From Prosthecobacter sp. (GTDB taxonomy: Bacteria; Verrucomicrobiota; Verrucomicrobiia; Verrucomicrobiales; Verrucomicrobiaceae), in the NCBI GenBank assembly GCA_039806835.1, contig JBDHQD010000006.1, positions 174,443 through 238,442 of the forward strand: a DNA stretch of 64,000 nt, in the 5' to 3' direction. Under the pieces are notes generated by a model. That model worked only from the letters and a program-made list of their open reading frames with translations. It was not told the origin of the DNA and searched no databases. Made by a program: the position numbers and the translations under genes. How positions within the stretch are numbered: position 1 is the stretch's first letter; each line of letters starts with the position of its first letter. Positions 42,918 through 52,935 of the stretch are shown one piece after another.

Positions 42918-43724
42918 ATGACTCTTTCTTATTCCCAAATCGATATATCCTTTCTTGTGAGGTTGCCCCCCTGCCGCGTACTACTCTTGTCTTTAATCGC
43001 CTTGCCGTTGGTTGCGGCAGATCCCGTCGCACCGCTGGACTTCAATCAGTACATGCAGGGTCGCTACGTTTACGAACGCCACTGCATTGTTTGCCACGGT
43101 GCACGTGGCGATGGCAATGGCGAACTCAGCCCCACATTGAAACCCAAGCCGCGCTCGTTCCGTGAGGGCATGTTCAAGTTTCGCACCACGCCGCTAGGCG
43201 CGTTGCCCACCGATGACGATCTTCGGCGCACCATCCGCCACGGCCTCAGTGGTACGGCGATGGGCATGTTCGCTCAGCTTACGGATGAGGAGGTGACCGC
43301 CGTCATCACCTACGTGAAGTCTTTCTCCCGCCGCTGGCGCAAGAAGGAGAATTACGCCCAACCCATGGATCTCCCTGCCGCTCCCGCGTGGCTGAAACAA
43401 CCGAGCGCGGTCAAAGCTCACGCGCCAGCAGGAAAAAAACTCTTCACACTTCATTGCGCTGCCTGCCACGGAGAGAAAGCGGATGGCACCGGGCCTGCCG
43501 CAGCGGCCTTACAAGACATTTGGGGGCTGCCTGCGGCTCCATCGGATTTGCGACAGCCTCATCTGCGTTGTGGCGATGCTCCTGCGGACATTTTCCGCAT
43601 TCTCACGACTGGCATGAACGGCACGCCCATGATGAGCTTCGCTCCTGTGCTCACGCCTGAGCAGCGCTGGGACATCATCGCCTACATCTTGGATATTCGC
43701 CTGCCTTCCGGCCCCGTTCTTTGA
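42918..43724 (+). CDS. Di-haem c-type cytochrome (secreted)
   Basis: Two CxxCH sites (CIVCHG, CAACHG). An N-terminal hydrophobic signal ([14 protein letters not shown]) and a GTAMGMF / GTPMMSF Met-ligand region after each haem site. Start placed at 42918. Confidence 0.8.
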   Translation: MTLSYSQIDISFLVRLPPCRVLLLSLIALPLVAADPVAPLDFNQYMQGRYVYERHCIVCHGARGDGNGELSPTLKPKPRSFREGMFKFRTTPLGALPTDDDLRRTIRHGLSGTAMGMFAQLTDEEVTAVITYVKSFSRRWRKKENYAQPMDLPAAPAWLKQPSAVKAHAPAGKKLFTLHCAACHGEKADGTGPAAAALQDIWGLPAAPSDLRQPHLRCGDAPADIFRILTTGMNGTPMMSFAPVLTPEQRWDIIAYILDIRLPSGPVL

Positions 43725-43831
43725 CGAATAGCCGCGCGTGGATGTTTTCCTTTGACCACACTGCGTGGCGCAGCATGGAATGTGCTGCTGGCGGCACGGC
43801 TGCCACTGACTCCGCACAAAAATACCTCATC

Positions 43832-44440
43832 ATGCAATCCTCCCTCTCCGCCTCCGTCGGCTCCCTTGTGCCCGATTTTGAAATGGAAACCTACGAACCT
43901 GCTCACGGTGACTTTGGCAAAGTCGCCCTCGCCGATCTCAAAAAGGAGGGCAAGTGGGCGGTGCTCGTTTTCTATCCGGCAGACTTCACCTTCGTCTGCC
44001 CGACTGAGCTCGCCGACTTGGCGGAGCAGCAGGAAAAACTCAGCGCACTCGGTGCTCGCGTCATTGCCGTTTCCACCGATACCAAATTTGCCCACATGGT
44101 CTGGCGCAATACGGAAGGGCTGCTCAAAAACGTGAAGTACACTCTCGCCGCTGACCCCACCGGCACGGTGAGCCGTCTCTTTGGCGTGTATGACGAAGCC
44201 ACCGGGCTCGCACTGCGCGGCACCTTCATCATCAATCCCGAAGGTAAGCTCGTCTCTTCCGAAGTGAACTTCTACAACGTCGGCCGCAACGCCGGGGAAC
44301 TCGTGCGCAAAATGGAAGCAAACGTCCACCTCATGGCCAACCCCAACGAGGCATGCCCTGCCAAATGGACACCCGGCGCAAAAACACTCACGCCTGGCAA
44401 AGACATCGTCGGCAATGTCGCCAGCGTGCTTTCCAAATAA
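43832..44440 (+). CDS. Typical 2-Cys peroxiredoxin (AhpC/Prx1 type)
   Basis: Peroxidatic site FYPADFTFVCPTEL. Resolving Cys region NEACPAKW near the C-terminus. Start placed at MQSSLSASVGSLVPDF (43832). Confidence 0.92.
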   Translation: MQSSLSASVGSLVPDFEMETYEPAHGDFGKVALADLKKEGKWAVLVFYPADFTFVCPTELADLAEQQEKLSALGARVIAVSTDTKFAHMVWRNTEGLLKNVKYTLAADPTGTVSRLFGVYDEATGLALRGTFIINPEGKLVSSEVNFYNVGRNAGELVRKMEANVHLMANPNEACPAKWTPGAKTLTPGKDIVGNVASVLSK

Positions 44441-44463
44441 CGCATTCTCATCGTGAGTCATCG

Positions 44464-44503
44464 ACCGGTCCTGTGTGGCAAACCATGCGGGGCCGGTTTT
44501 TTT
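44464..44503 (+). terminator. Rho-independent terminator after the peroxiredoxin gene
   Basis: An 8-bp stem ACCGGTCC (44464-44471) / GGGGCCGGT (44490-44497, one G-U) with an 18-nt loop, running into T7 (44497-44503). Confidence 0.7.
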
Positions 44504-44541
44504 CTGGTGCGATCTCGCCTCTTCCTGCGTTGGTTGCATTC

Positions 44542-45975
44542 ATGAAACGCGCCGCCTTCCTGGGTCTCTTCGCCTTGTCCGCCCTTTCTCTTCGCGCAGA
44601 CATCACCGCAGGCGGCTATGATTTGGCGGCGATTCGCGATACGAAGACACTGGAAACGAAAGTCTTCATGGACTGGCATCCCAACGCCAACGATGCCGCC
44701 ATTCGCCAAAAACTCGTGGAAATCACCGTTTGCGAGTGGTGGCCAGGCATGAAAGTGCGACTGCCGGTGACGATGCTCGCACCTGCGGATCGCCTCTGCA
44801 CACATCTGCTGATCGAGAACACGGGTCTCCAACACAAACCCGCCGTAGCCACGGGGGCAAAACTGCGGCTACTCAAGGAACACGGTGTCGGTCTGGTCTT
44901 CATCGGCATGGTGCCCATTGATGCGATGGAGCCAGTCGGAAAACTCCACCTCATGATGGAGGAGCATTTCATCCAAACGAAGAACACGCGCTACACACCT
45001 GCCTGGATCTGGGGCATCAGCGACATGCGTGCACTCACCGCCGCGATGGCGGAGAAGACCGTGTTTCAGCCGCGCAAGGTTCTAGCCACGGGTGCGTCCA
45101 AACGTGGCGTCGCCACGGCTGCGGCGGGCATCGCGGACGATCGCTTCACCGCCATCATGCCCGTCGTCGCGCCTGTGATCGAAAGCCCTGGCGGCCCGTA
45201 TGTCGAAGGCACGCTCTCGCCTGAGATCGCGAAAATGAATGAAGCATTCATCGCGGCAATGCCAGACCCCGTTGGCCGCGAGAAGTTGCTCCTTCGTCAG
45301 AAAGCCCGCTCTGATGAGCGCATCACGCTGCAGATGGCGCGCGATGCAGACTGGAGCGCGGAGGAAATCAAAACCGCATGCAATGCCGCTTGGCAGGCAT
45401 GCTGTACGACGAATCATCTCGAAATACTCAAGCAGCGCGGAACCGAAGTATTCTACAATTTGGGATCGAATGACAACGTCAGCCCAGGCCTCGTTGCGCT
45501 TGGCCGTCTATTTCCACAACTGCCACTCTACATTGTGCCCGGTGGACAGCACGGCGGAGCCAAGGAGGCCGGATTCACTCGGCCTGTGCATTTCCAGCCC
45601 GAGGTGGATGCAAATCTCTACGCGTTTGCCATGCACCATTTTTTCGGCGCGCGACGCATGGTCGCGCCACCTCATGTGTCTGCGCATTGGGATCAAAGCA
45701 CGCACCATCTTGCCGTGAGTGTCACTTTCTCTGACGGCAATGAACCACAGGCAAATACACTTTGGTGGTCGGTGAATCGTCATCCTGACTACGCCCTCGC
45801 GATGGAGTTTGATCCATGGAGTTCCGCTCCGCTGCACAAGACCGCTGCGTCCACCTACAGCGGTGAAATCGACATTCCCGGCAAGGTGGAAACGCTGGAT
45901 GTCATCACCGTGCATGCGCATACGGAAAATGGCTCCACACTCACGCTCTCTAGCCCAGAACTTCGCTTGCCGTGA
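44542..45975 (+). CDS. Secreted alpha/beta-hydrolase-like protein, possibly PhoPQ-activated pathogenicity-related (PqaA) family
   Basis: Signal peptide MKRAAFLGLFALSALSLRA. ATGASKRGVATAAAGIADDRFTAIMPVVAP resembles the GxSKRGWT...P.V motif of PF10142 as I remember it (unverified). Start placed at 44542. Confidence 0.55.
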   Translation: MKRAAFLGLFALSALSLRADITAGGYDLAAIRDTKTLETKVFMDWHPNANDAAIRQKLVEITVCEWWPGMKVRLPVTMLAPADRLCTHLLIENTGLQHKPAVATGAKLRLLKEHGVGLVFIGMVPIDAMEPVGKLHLMMEEHFIQTKNTRYTPAWIWGISDMRALTAAMAEKTVFQPRKVLATGASKRGVATAAAGIADDRFTAIMPVVAPVIESPGGPYVEGTLSPEIAKMNEAFIAAMPDPVGREKLLLRQKARSDERITLQMARDADWSAEEIKTACNAAWQACCTTNHLEILKQRGTEVFYNLGSNDNVSPGLVALGRLFPQLPLYIVPGGQHGGAKEAGFTRPVHFQPEVDANLYAFAMHHFFGARRMVAPPHVSAHWDQSTHHLAVSVTFSDGNEPQANTLWWSVNRHPDYALAMEFDPWSSAPLHKTAASTYSGEIDIPGKVETLDVITVHAHTENGSTLTLSSPELRLP

Positions 45976-46027
45976 AATCATGCACACTCGTCCATCTCGG
46001 CTCGCTATGTGCTGATCCTCTTTTGCC

Positions 46028-46810
46028 ATGAAGCCCTCCTATGATGACCTTGCCAAGATGATCGATCATTCGTTGCTGCATCCGACGATGACCGACAAAG
46101 AACTCGAAGATGGCTGCAAGCTGGCCGCAGAGTATCAGGTCGCCTCGGTCTGCATCAAACCCTATGCGGTGAAGCAGGCTGCCGAGTGGTTGCGCGGCAC
46201 GGGTGTGCTCGTCGGTGCGGTGATCGGCTTCCCGCATGGCAACAGCACCACGGAGTCAAAGCGCTACGAGACTGAGCTTGCCTGCAAAGACGGTGCTCAG
46301 GAAATCGACATGGTCATCAACATCGGCAAGGCGCTCAGTGGCGACTGGGACTACGTGGAAGCAGACGTGAAAGCTGTTTGCGACGAAGCGCATAAGCAGG
46401 GTGCCAAAGTGAAGGTCATTTTTGAAAACGACTACCTGACTCACGGTGGTGCTGGCCTTGGGGGAGACGATTTCAAACGCAAACTCTGCGTGATTTGCGA
46501 GCGTGCCGGTGCCGATTGGGTGAAGACCAGCAGTGGTTATGGATTCGTGAAGCAACCCCATGGCAGCTACTCCTATCAGGGTGCCACAGAGCACGATTTA
46601 GCACTCATGCGCGCTTCCGTGTCGCCTAAAGTGCAAGTCAAAGCGGCGGGTGGTGTGCGCGATCTCGATGGCCTCATCCGCGTGTATGAACTCGGTGCCT
46701 CACGTTGCGGAGCGACGGCCACGGCGGCGATGCTGGACGAATACCGCCGCCGCGAGGCCGCAGGCATCACGGAGCAGACGCGCGGCAGCATCGGTGCGGG
46801 CGGGTATTGA
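46028..46810 (+). CDS. deoC: Deoxyribose-phosphate aldolase
   Basis: LAKMIDHSLLHPTMTDKELEDGC...ASVCIKPY N-terminal pattern, a Schiff-base Lys context VKTSSGY and C-terminal GASRCGATA. Confidence 0.88.
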   Translation: MKPSYDDLAKMIDHSLLHPTMTDKELEDGCKLAAEYQVASVCIKPYAVKQAAEWLRGTGVLVGAVIGFPHGNSTTESKRYETELACKDGAQEIDMVINIGKALSGDWDYVEADVKAVCDEAHKQGAKVKVIFENDYLTHGGAGLGGDDFKRKLCVICERAGADWVKTSSGYGFVKQPHGSYSYQGATEHDLALMRASVSPKVQVKAAGGVRDLDGLIRVYELGASRCGATATAAMLDEYRRREAAGITEQTRGSIGAGGY

Positions 46811-46895
46811 GCGGGAGCCTCTTTTCTGCACTGAGACGGCGCGTGACTTTTCTCGTCGAGAAGCGGTTCGCTTGCGACGTTGTGTGTGAGTGCCG

Positions 46896-49835
46896 ATGAT
46901 GCTGCGCGCTTCCATCCTGCTCCTGAGCTTGCCCGCCACAGGCGGTGCTCTCGACTTCAATCGCGATGTGCGCCCTGTGCTCGCACAGCAGTGCTTCACC
47001 TGCCATGGCATGGATGAGCATGGACGCAAAGGCAAGCTCCGCCTCGATTTGCAGGACTCCGCCTACGGAGCGGGCAAATCGGGGAAGATTGCCATCGCTC
47101 CCGGCAAACCAGACGCCAGTGAAGTCGTCCGGCGCTTGCTCTCCACCGATGAGGATGAGGTCATGCCGCCGCCGCACACGAAAAAAGTGCTCACCGCAGT
47201 GGAGAAAGCGATCATCCAACGCTGGATCGCCGAAGGTGCGCGTTATGAGCGTCACTGGGCCTACAGCCCACCGGCGCGTTCATCTGCGCCCGCAGCGAGC
47301 ATCGACCACTTCATTCGCGCACGATTGGCCAAAGAAGGACTGACTCCCGCGCCAGAAGCGGATGCGTACACCCTCGTGCGCCGCGTGTACCTCGATCTCA
47401 TCGGCCTGCCACCGACGCCCGCGCAGGCAGATGCATTCGTCAATGACAAGAGGCCAGGAGCTTACGAGCGTTTGGTGGATGCATTGCTCGCCTCAGAACG
47501 ATATGGCGAACGCTGGGCGCGCCGCTGGCTCGATCTCGCGCGTTATGCAGACACCAACGGCTATGAGAAAGATCGCCCCAGGCAAATCTGGCCTTATCGC
47601 GATTGGGTGGTGCGTGCGCTGAATGCCGACATGCCATTTGATCAGTTCAGCATCCGGCAGCTCGCAGGTGACATGCTCCCCAACGCGACGCCTGACGACA
47701 TCATCGCCACCGGCTTTCACCGCAACACCATGCTCAATGAAGAAGGCGGCATTGATCCCAATGAATACCGCTTTTACGCACTGGTGGATCGCGTGGGCGT
47801 CACCGGCACGACATGGATGGGCCTCACCATGAAATGTGCGCAATGCCACACGCATAAATACGATCCCATCCTGCACACGGATTTCTACAGCCTCATGGCA
47901 CTGCTCAACAATGCCGATGAGCCGACCTACCACATTCCCACGCCGGACATCATCGCACGGCAGAAGGCAGACGCGGCAAAGATCGCGCAGATGGAAGCTG
48001 CCCTGCCACAGCAATTTCCGGGCGGGCAAACCAATCTGCAAAAACGTTTCGCGGGTTGGCGCGAAGGCGAAGCGCAGCGCGCCTCGTTTTGGCAAATCAT
48101 TCGCCCCACGTCGATGAAGACCACGCTGCCTCATCTGGAGCAGCAGCCCGATGGCTTCATCCTCGGCAGCGGTGACATTTCAAAGAGCGATGTCTATGAC
48201 CTCCACCTCAAAGCGCCGATGACTGGCGTCACAGCGCTCAAGATCGAAGTCGCCAGCCATCCCAGTCTGCCGAACGAAGGCCCTGGCCTCACTTATTATG
48301 AAGGGCCGATTGGCGGCTTCTTCCTCAGTGAGATTCGAGCGACGCAAAATCGCCGTCCCATCGCCTTCACGAATGCCTCTGCCACCAACGACACTGAGCA
48401 GGACAAGATCAATGACCAAGCCGCGCCCAAGAAAAAGGCTGCCGCAGGTCGGAAGATCAACACCGCTGCCGCAGCGTTTGATGGAGAAATGTCCAGCGGC
48501 TGGCAGGTGCTCGGTGGACACGGAGTGCGGCACGCTGCGGTGTTTCATTTTCAGGAACCAGTCGATCTGACTCAAGGGCTCGATCTGAAAATGCTCTTTG
48601 AAAAACACTTCGCCTGCCCGCTTGGACATTTCCGCCTCTCGGTGACCACCAGCGATCACGCCACGGCCACCGGGCATCCCTTTGAAATCGAAAACGCCCT
48701 CGCCACTGGCGACCGGACTCAGGAAAGAGCGCTGCTGCGCGAGTTTCTGGAGACCGCACCTGAGATGAAGCAAGCTGTGGCACCTCTGCACGCGGCGCGG
48801 CGGACTGCCACGCTCGGCCAAGCCACGTTGGTGATGCAAGAACGTCCCGCGAATCATTCCCGCGTGACGCATCGCTATCATCGCGGTGAATACCTTCAGC
48901 CCAAAGAGGTCGTCCCGCCTGCCGTGCCCGCGTTCCTGCCGCAACTGCCCAAGGATGCGCCCGCCAACCGCCTCACGTTTGCGCGCTGGCTCTTCTCGCC
49001 TGAAAACCCACTCACCGCGCGCGTGGCGGTGAATCGCCAGTGGCAGGCTTTTTTTGGGCGTGGCCTCGTGGCGGGTTTGGAAGATTTCGGTTATCAGAGC
49101 GAGCCACCCAGCCATCCAGAACTGCTCGACTGGCTTGCAGGTGAGTTCGTGAAAAAGGGATGGTCGATGAAGAAGCTCCACCGACTCATCGTCACCAGCC
49201 ACACCTACCGGCAGGACAGCCGCATGACGCTCGCGCAGTCGCAGAAAGATCCGCAGAATATCCTCCTGGCTCGCGGCCCACGCTTTCGACTCGATGCGGA
49301 AATCATCCGCGACTCCGCGCTTCAGGCGGCGGGTGTTCTTTCGATGAAAATGGGTGGCCCAGGCGTCTTCCCACCACAGCCCGCCAGCGTCACCTCCGAG
49401 GGCACCTACGGGCGTGTGGCATGGCAGGCGAGCGCGGGAGAGGATCGTTACCGCCGCAGCCTCTACACCTTCGCGAAACGCACGGCTCCCTTTGCCATGG
49501 CCGTCACCTTCGATGCGCCGACGGGGGAGGCATGCCTCGCCCGCCGGGATGTCTCCAACAGCCCCCTGCAAGCGCTCACGCTGCTCAACGACCAGATGTT
49601 CCTCGAAGCTGCGCAGGCGATGGCAGGCACCATCATGGCTGAAACCGCAGAGGACAGCGCACGCATCACGCACATCTTTCGCCGCTGCATCACGCGTCCA
49701 CCTTCTGCGGATGAATCACGCATGCTTCAGGCATTCCTCGCGCAGCAACGCGCGCGCCATCTGGGAGAGGAGGCCGTGTGGATCGCAGTGTGCCGCGCCG
49801 TGCTGAATCTCGATGAAACCATCACGCGTTCTTAA
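46896..49835 (+). CDS. PSD1-type protein: planctomycete cytochrome c domain + DUF1549 + DUF1553
   Basis: N-terminal [18 protein letters not shown] (PSCyt1-like CxxCH). DUF1549-like [26 protein letters not shown] and DUF1553-like C-terminal region. ATG 46896 is preferred over GTG 46890. Confidence 0.88.
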   Translation: MMLRASILLLSLPATGGALDFNRDVRPVLAQQCFTCHGMDEHGRKGKLRLDLQDSAYGAGKSGKIAIAPGKPDASEVVRRLLSTDEDEVMPPPHTKKVLTAVEKAIIQRWIAEGARYERHWAYSPPARSSAPAASIDHFIRARLAKEGLTPAPEADAYTLVRRVYLDLIGLPPTPAQADAFVNDKRPGAYERLVDALLASERYGERWARRWLDLARYADTNGYEKDRPRQIWPYRDWVVRALNADMPFDQFSIRQLAGDMLPNATPDDIIATGFHRNTMLNEEGGIDPNEYRFYALVDRVGVTGTTWMGLTMKCAQCHTHKYDPILHTDFYSLMALLNNADEPTYHIPTPDIIARQKADAAKIAQMEAALPQQFPGGQTNLQKRFAGWREGEAQRASFWQIIRPTSMKTTLPHLEQQPDGFILGSGDISKSDVYDLHLKAPMTGVTALKIEVASHPSLPNEGPGLTYYEGPIGGFFLSEIRATQNRRPIAFTNASATNDTEQDKINDQAAPKKKAAAGRKINTAAAAFDGEMSSGWQVLGGHGVRHAAVFHFQEPVDLTQGLDLKMLFEKHFACPLGHFRLSVTTSDHATATGHPFEIENALATGDRTQERALLREFLETAPEMKQAVAPLHAARRTATLGQATLVMQERPANHSRVTHRYHRGEYLQPKEVVPPAVPAFLPQLPKDAPANRLTFARWLFSPENPLTARVAVNRQWQAFFGRGLVAGLEDFGYQSEPPSHPELLDWLAGEFVKKGWSMKKLHRLIVTSHTYRQDSRMTLAQSQKDPQNILLARGPRFRLDAEIIRDSALQAAGVLSMKMGGPGVFPPQPASVTSEGTYGRVAWQASAGEDRYRRSLYTFAKRTAPFAMAVTFDAPTGEACLARRDVSNSPLQALTLLNDQMFLEAAQAMAGTIMAETAEDSARITHIFRRCITRPPSADESRMLQAFLAQQRARHLGEEAVWIAVCRAVLNLDETITRS

Positions 49836-49934
49836 CGTGCATGGTTTACGGAGCGTCGTCATGCGCGACTGCATTCGCGTTCGACATTGCCACGCACTCT
49901 GTTAGCGTCCGCGCCTCTCACCCTCATCTATCTC

Positions 49935-50330
49935 ATGTCAGACATCGCACTCGCTAAAGGAGAAAAGTTCCTCGAAGACAACGCCAAGAAAGAAGGCGTG
50001 AAGGTCACCGCCAGCGGCCTTCAATACAAAGTCATCACCGAAGGCACCGGCAAGAGCCCGAAGGCCACCGACACCGTTGAAGTTCATTACGAAGGCACGC
50101 TGATCGACGGCAAGATTTTCGACAGTAGCTACAAGCGTGGTCAGACCATCGAATTCCCGCTGAACCGCGTCATCCCCGGCTGGACTGAGGGCGTGCAGCT
50201 CATGAAGGAAGGCGCGAAGTTCCGCTTCTTCATCCCCAGCCGTCTCGCCTACGGCCCGCGCGGTGCAGGGCGCGACATCGGCCCGAACGAAGCACTGATT
50301 TTCGACGTGGAGCTGTTCAAGGTGAAGTAA
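49935..50330 (+). CDS. FKBP-type peptidyl-prolyl cis-trans isomerase
   Basis: VEVHYEGTLIDGKIFDSSYKRGQTIEFPLNRVIPGWTEGVQLMKEGAKFRFFIPSRLAYG...LIFDVELFKV. Start placed at MSDIALAKG (49935). Confidence 0.88.
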   Translation: MSDIALAKGEKFLEDNAKKEGVKVTASGLQYKVITEGTGKSPKATDTVEVHYEGTLIDGKIFDSSYKRGQTIEFPLNRVIPGWTEGVQLMKEGAKFRFFIPSRLAYGPRGAGRDIGPNEALIFDVELFKVK

Positions 50331-50358
50331 AGGCCTGCCTGTCGTCGTTCTGACGGCG

Positions 50359-51747
50359 ATGCGCTCTTTTCTTTTTCTCCTCCTACTTTCGGCTGCGTGC
50401 TTCGCCGCGCAGCCGAATGTCGTCCTCATCGTCAGCGATGATCAGGGCTATCCGGATCTCGGATGCATCGGCAGCAAGCCGCTCAGCACGCCGAACCTCG
50501 ACAAGCTGGCGGCGGAAGGCGTGCGCGGAACGAGCTTCTATGTGACTTGGCCGGCTTGCACGCCCTCGCGCGGCAGCATTCTGACGGGGCGCTATCCACA
50601 GCGCAACGGCTTGTATGACATGGTGCGCAACGATTTGGTAAACTTCGGGCACCACTACTCACCGGAGGAGTATGCGGTGTCGCCGGAGATGACGCTGGGC
50701 CTCGACGTGCGCGAGGTGACGATCGGCGACATGCTGAAAAAAGTCGGCTACGCCACGGGCTGCGTCGGCAAGTGGGACATGGGGCAGGCAAAACGCTTCC
50801 TGCCGCTGCAGCGCGGTTTTGATTTCTTCTACGGTCACGGCAACAACGGCATCGACTACTACACGCACGAGCGCTACGGCGTGCCATCGCTCTTCCGCGG
50901 CAATGCGCGCACGCAGGAAGACAAGGGCACCTATATGACCGACGTGTTCCGCCGCGAGGCGCTGCGCTTTGTGGAGCAGCATGCCGGGAAAAAGCCGTTT
51001 TTCCTCTATCTAGCCTTCAACGCACCGCACGGAGCTTCGTCGTTCGCAGAAGGCACCAGGGAAGGAGAGCGCATGCGCGGAGAGGGAGTGCAGGCGCCGG
51101 AAAAATACACGGCGATGTATCGCGGCAAAGTGAAGGACGAGAAGCTGGCGCGCTACTGCGGCGCGGTGACGTGCATGGACGAGGCCATCGGCGCGCTGAT
51201 GGAATCGGTCGAAAAAACCGGGCAGGAGGACAACACGATCTTCCTTTTCATGTCCGACAACGGTGGCAGCGGCAATGGCGGTAACGCGCCGCTCAGAGGC
51301 AGCAAGAGCACGATGTGGGAAGGCGGTCTGCGCGTGCCTTTCATCGCACGCTGGCCGGGCAAACTGCCCGCAGGCAAGGTCACGGACGAATTTCTCACCG
51401 CGCTGGAATTGGTGCCGACCCTGCTGGCTGCTACCGGCGCGAAAGCACCCGAGGGTGTGAAGCTCGATGGCTTTGACATGATGCCGATCCTGCGCGGCGA
51501 GACAAAATCACCGCGCCAGGCGATGTTCTGGCAGCGTCGGGGAGACAAAGCGGCACGCTTTGAAAACTGGAAGTGGCTGGAGTCCGACAAGGGCAATGGC
51601 CTCTACGATCTCAGTCACGATCTCGGTGAGAAACATGACCTGACAAAAGAGAAACCGGAGATCGCCAGACAGATGCGCGAGCGCTTTGCCCGATGGCGTG
51701 CCGAGATGGATGCCAGCGAGTCGCGTGGCCCCTTTCGCGATGATTGA
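50359..51747 (+). CDS. Arylsulfatase (formylglycine-dependent sulfatase family)
   Basis: Signal peptide. PNVVLIVSDDQG and the CxPxR site ACTPSRGSILTGRYP, plus GKWDMG/GKWHLG-like and SDNGG motifs. Confidence 0.92.
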   Translation: MRSFLFLLLLSAACFAAQPNVVLIVSDDQGYPDLGCIGSKPLSTPNLDKLAAEGVRGTSFYVTWPACTPSRGSILTGRYPQRNGLYDMVRNDLVNFGHHYSPEEYAVSPEMTLGLDVREVTIGDMLKKVGYATGCVGKWDMGQAKRFLPLQRGFDFFYGHGNNGIDYYTHERYGVPSLFRGNARTQEDKGTYMTDVFRREALRFVEQHAGKKPFFLYLAFNAPHGASSFAEGTREGERMRGEGVQAPEKYTAMYRGKVKDEKLARYCGAVTCMDEAIGALMESVEKTGQEDNTIFLFMSDNGGSGNGGNAPLRGSKSTMWEGGLRVPFIARWPGKLPAGKVTDEFLTALELVPTLLAATGAKAPEGVKLDGFDMMPILRGETKSPRQAMFWQRRGDKAARFENWKWLESDKGNGLYDLSHDLGEKHDLTKEKPEIARQMRERFARWRAEMDASESRGPFRDD

Positions 51748-51870
51748 GCGAAGTTTTGCACATTGCTCTCATCTTGGCGGGTCTTTCACATTCCTTGATC
51801 GAAACCGAAATGACCAAAAAAAAGACGGGCAAAACCCTGAAACTCTGCTAGTTGGCGGGCTTCCCAGCCC

Positions 51871-52917
51871 ATGACCGCCGCCCCCGAACGTATCCAAGCC
51901 TCCATCACTGAGTGGAAGCAGATCATCGCGCCGTTCCAGGTGCCTTCCATTCCTCGAGCCACTTGGCAGATCGTGAACACGCTCGTGCCTTACGTTGCGG
52001 TCTGGTATTTGATGTGGCGCAGTCTCGCCGTGTCCTACTGGCTGACCCTGGGCCTTGCAGTCATCGCGGGGCTGTTGCTCGTGCGTACGTTCATCATCTT
52101 TCACGACTGCTGCCACGGCTCCTACTTCAAATCGAAGAAGGCCAATGACATCCTCGGCTTTATTACTGGCATGCTGACGTTCACGCCCTACGGCCACTGG
52201 CGCTGGCAGCATAATGTCCATCACGCCACTTCAGGCGATCTCGATCGTCGTGGCGATGGTGACATCTGGACGATGACGGTGGATGAGTACCACAAGGCCA
52301 CTCCTTCGCAGAAGCTCTTCTATCATACCGTGCGCAATCCTTTCGTGCTCTTTGTGCTGGGGCCACTTTTCCTTTTCCTGATCTATCAGCGCTTCCCCTC
52401 TCCGCGCGCCAAGGGGAAGGATCGCTCCTCCGTCATCTGGATGAATATTGCAGTCACACTCATGGTTGCTGGCCTCTGCTGGTTGATGGGCTGGCGGGCT
52501 TACCTCGCCATCCAGATCCCAGTCACCTTCATCGCAGGCGCGGCGGGCATCTGGATGTTCTATGTGCAGCACCAGTATGAAGACACCTACTGGGAAAAGC
52601 GTGAAGAATGGGACTACACCACTGCTGCCATCGAGGGCAGTTCCTTTTATAAGCTGCCGCGCATCCTCCAGTGGTTCACTGGCAACATCGGCTTTCACCA
52701 CATTCATCACCTCAGTTCTCGCATTCCGAACTATCACCTCGAGCGCTGCCACCACTCGCATCCGATGTTTCACACCGTGAAGCCTCTCACGCTGCTCTCC
52801 AGCTTGAAGTGCATCAACCTGCGTCTCTGGGATGAAAAAGGACGCAAGCTCGTGAGCTTCCGCGAAGCGAAAAAGCTGCGCCAGCAGAGAGAGTCGGACA
52901 TCGGCCTCGCTGCGTGA
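51871..52917 (+). CDS. Membrane fatty-acid desaturase
   Basis: Three His boxes: HDCCHGS, HWRWQHNVHH and FHHIHHLS. Multiple TM helices. Confidence 0.9.
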   Translation: MTAAPERIQASITEWKQIIAPFQVPSIPRATWQIVNTLVPYVAVWYLMWRSLAVSYWLTLGLAVIAGLLLVRTFIIFHDCCHGSYFKSKKANDILGFITGMLTFTPYGHWRWQHNVHHATSGDLDRRGDGDIWTMTVDEYHKATPSQKLFYHTVRNPFVLFVLGPLFLFLIYQRFPSPRAKGKDRSSVIWMNIAVTLMVAGLCWLMGWRAYLAIQIPVTFIAGAAGIWMFYVQHQYEDTYWEKREEWDYTTAAIEGSSFYKLPRILQWFTGNIGFHHIHHLSSRIPNYHLERCHHSHPMFHTVKPLTLLSSLKCINLRLWDEKGRKLVSFREAKKLRQQRESDIGLAA

Positions 52918-52935
52918 TTGTGCGCTGAGGCGCGA

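Noticed and set aside
48180-49673. 497-aa ORF on the minus strand
   Set aside because: It is antisense to the PSD1 (DUF1549/DUF1553) gene.
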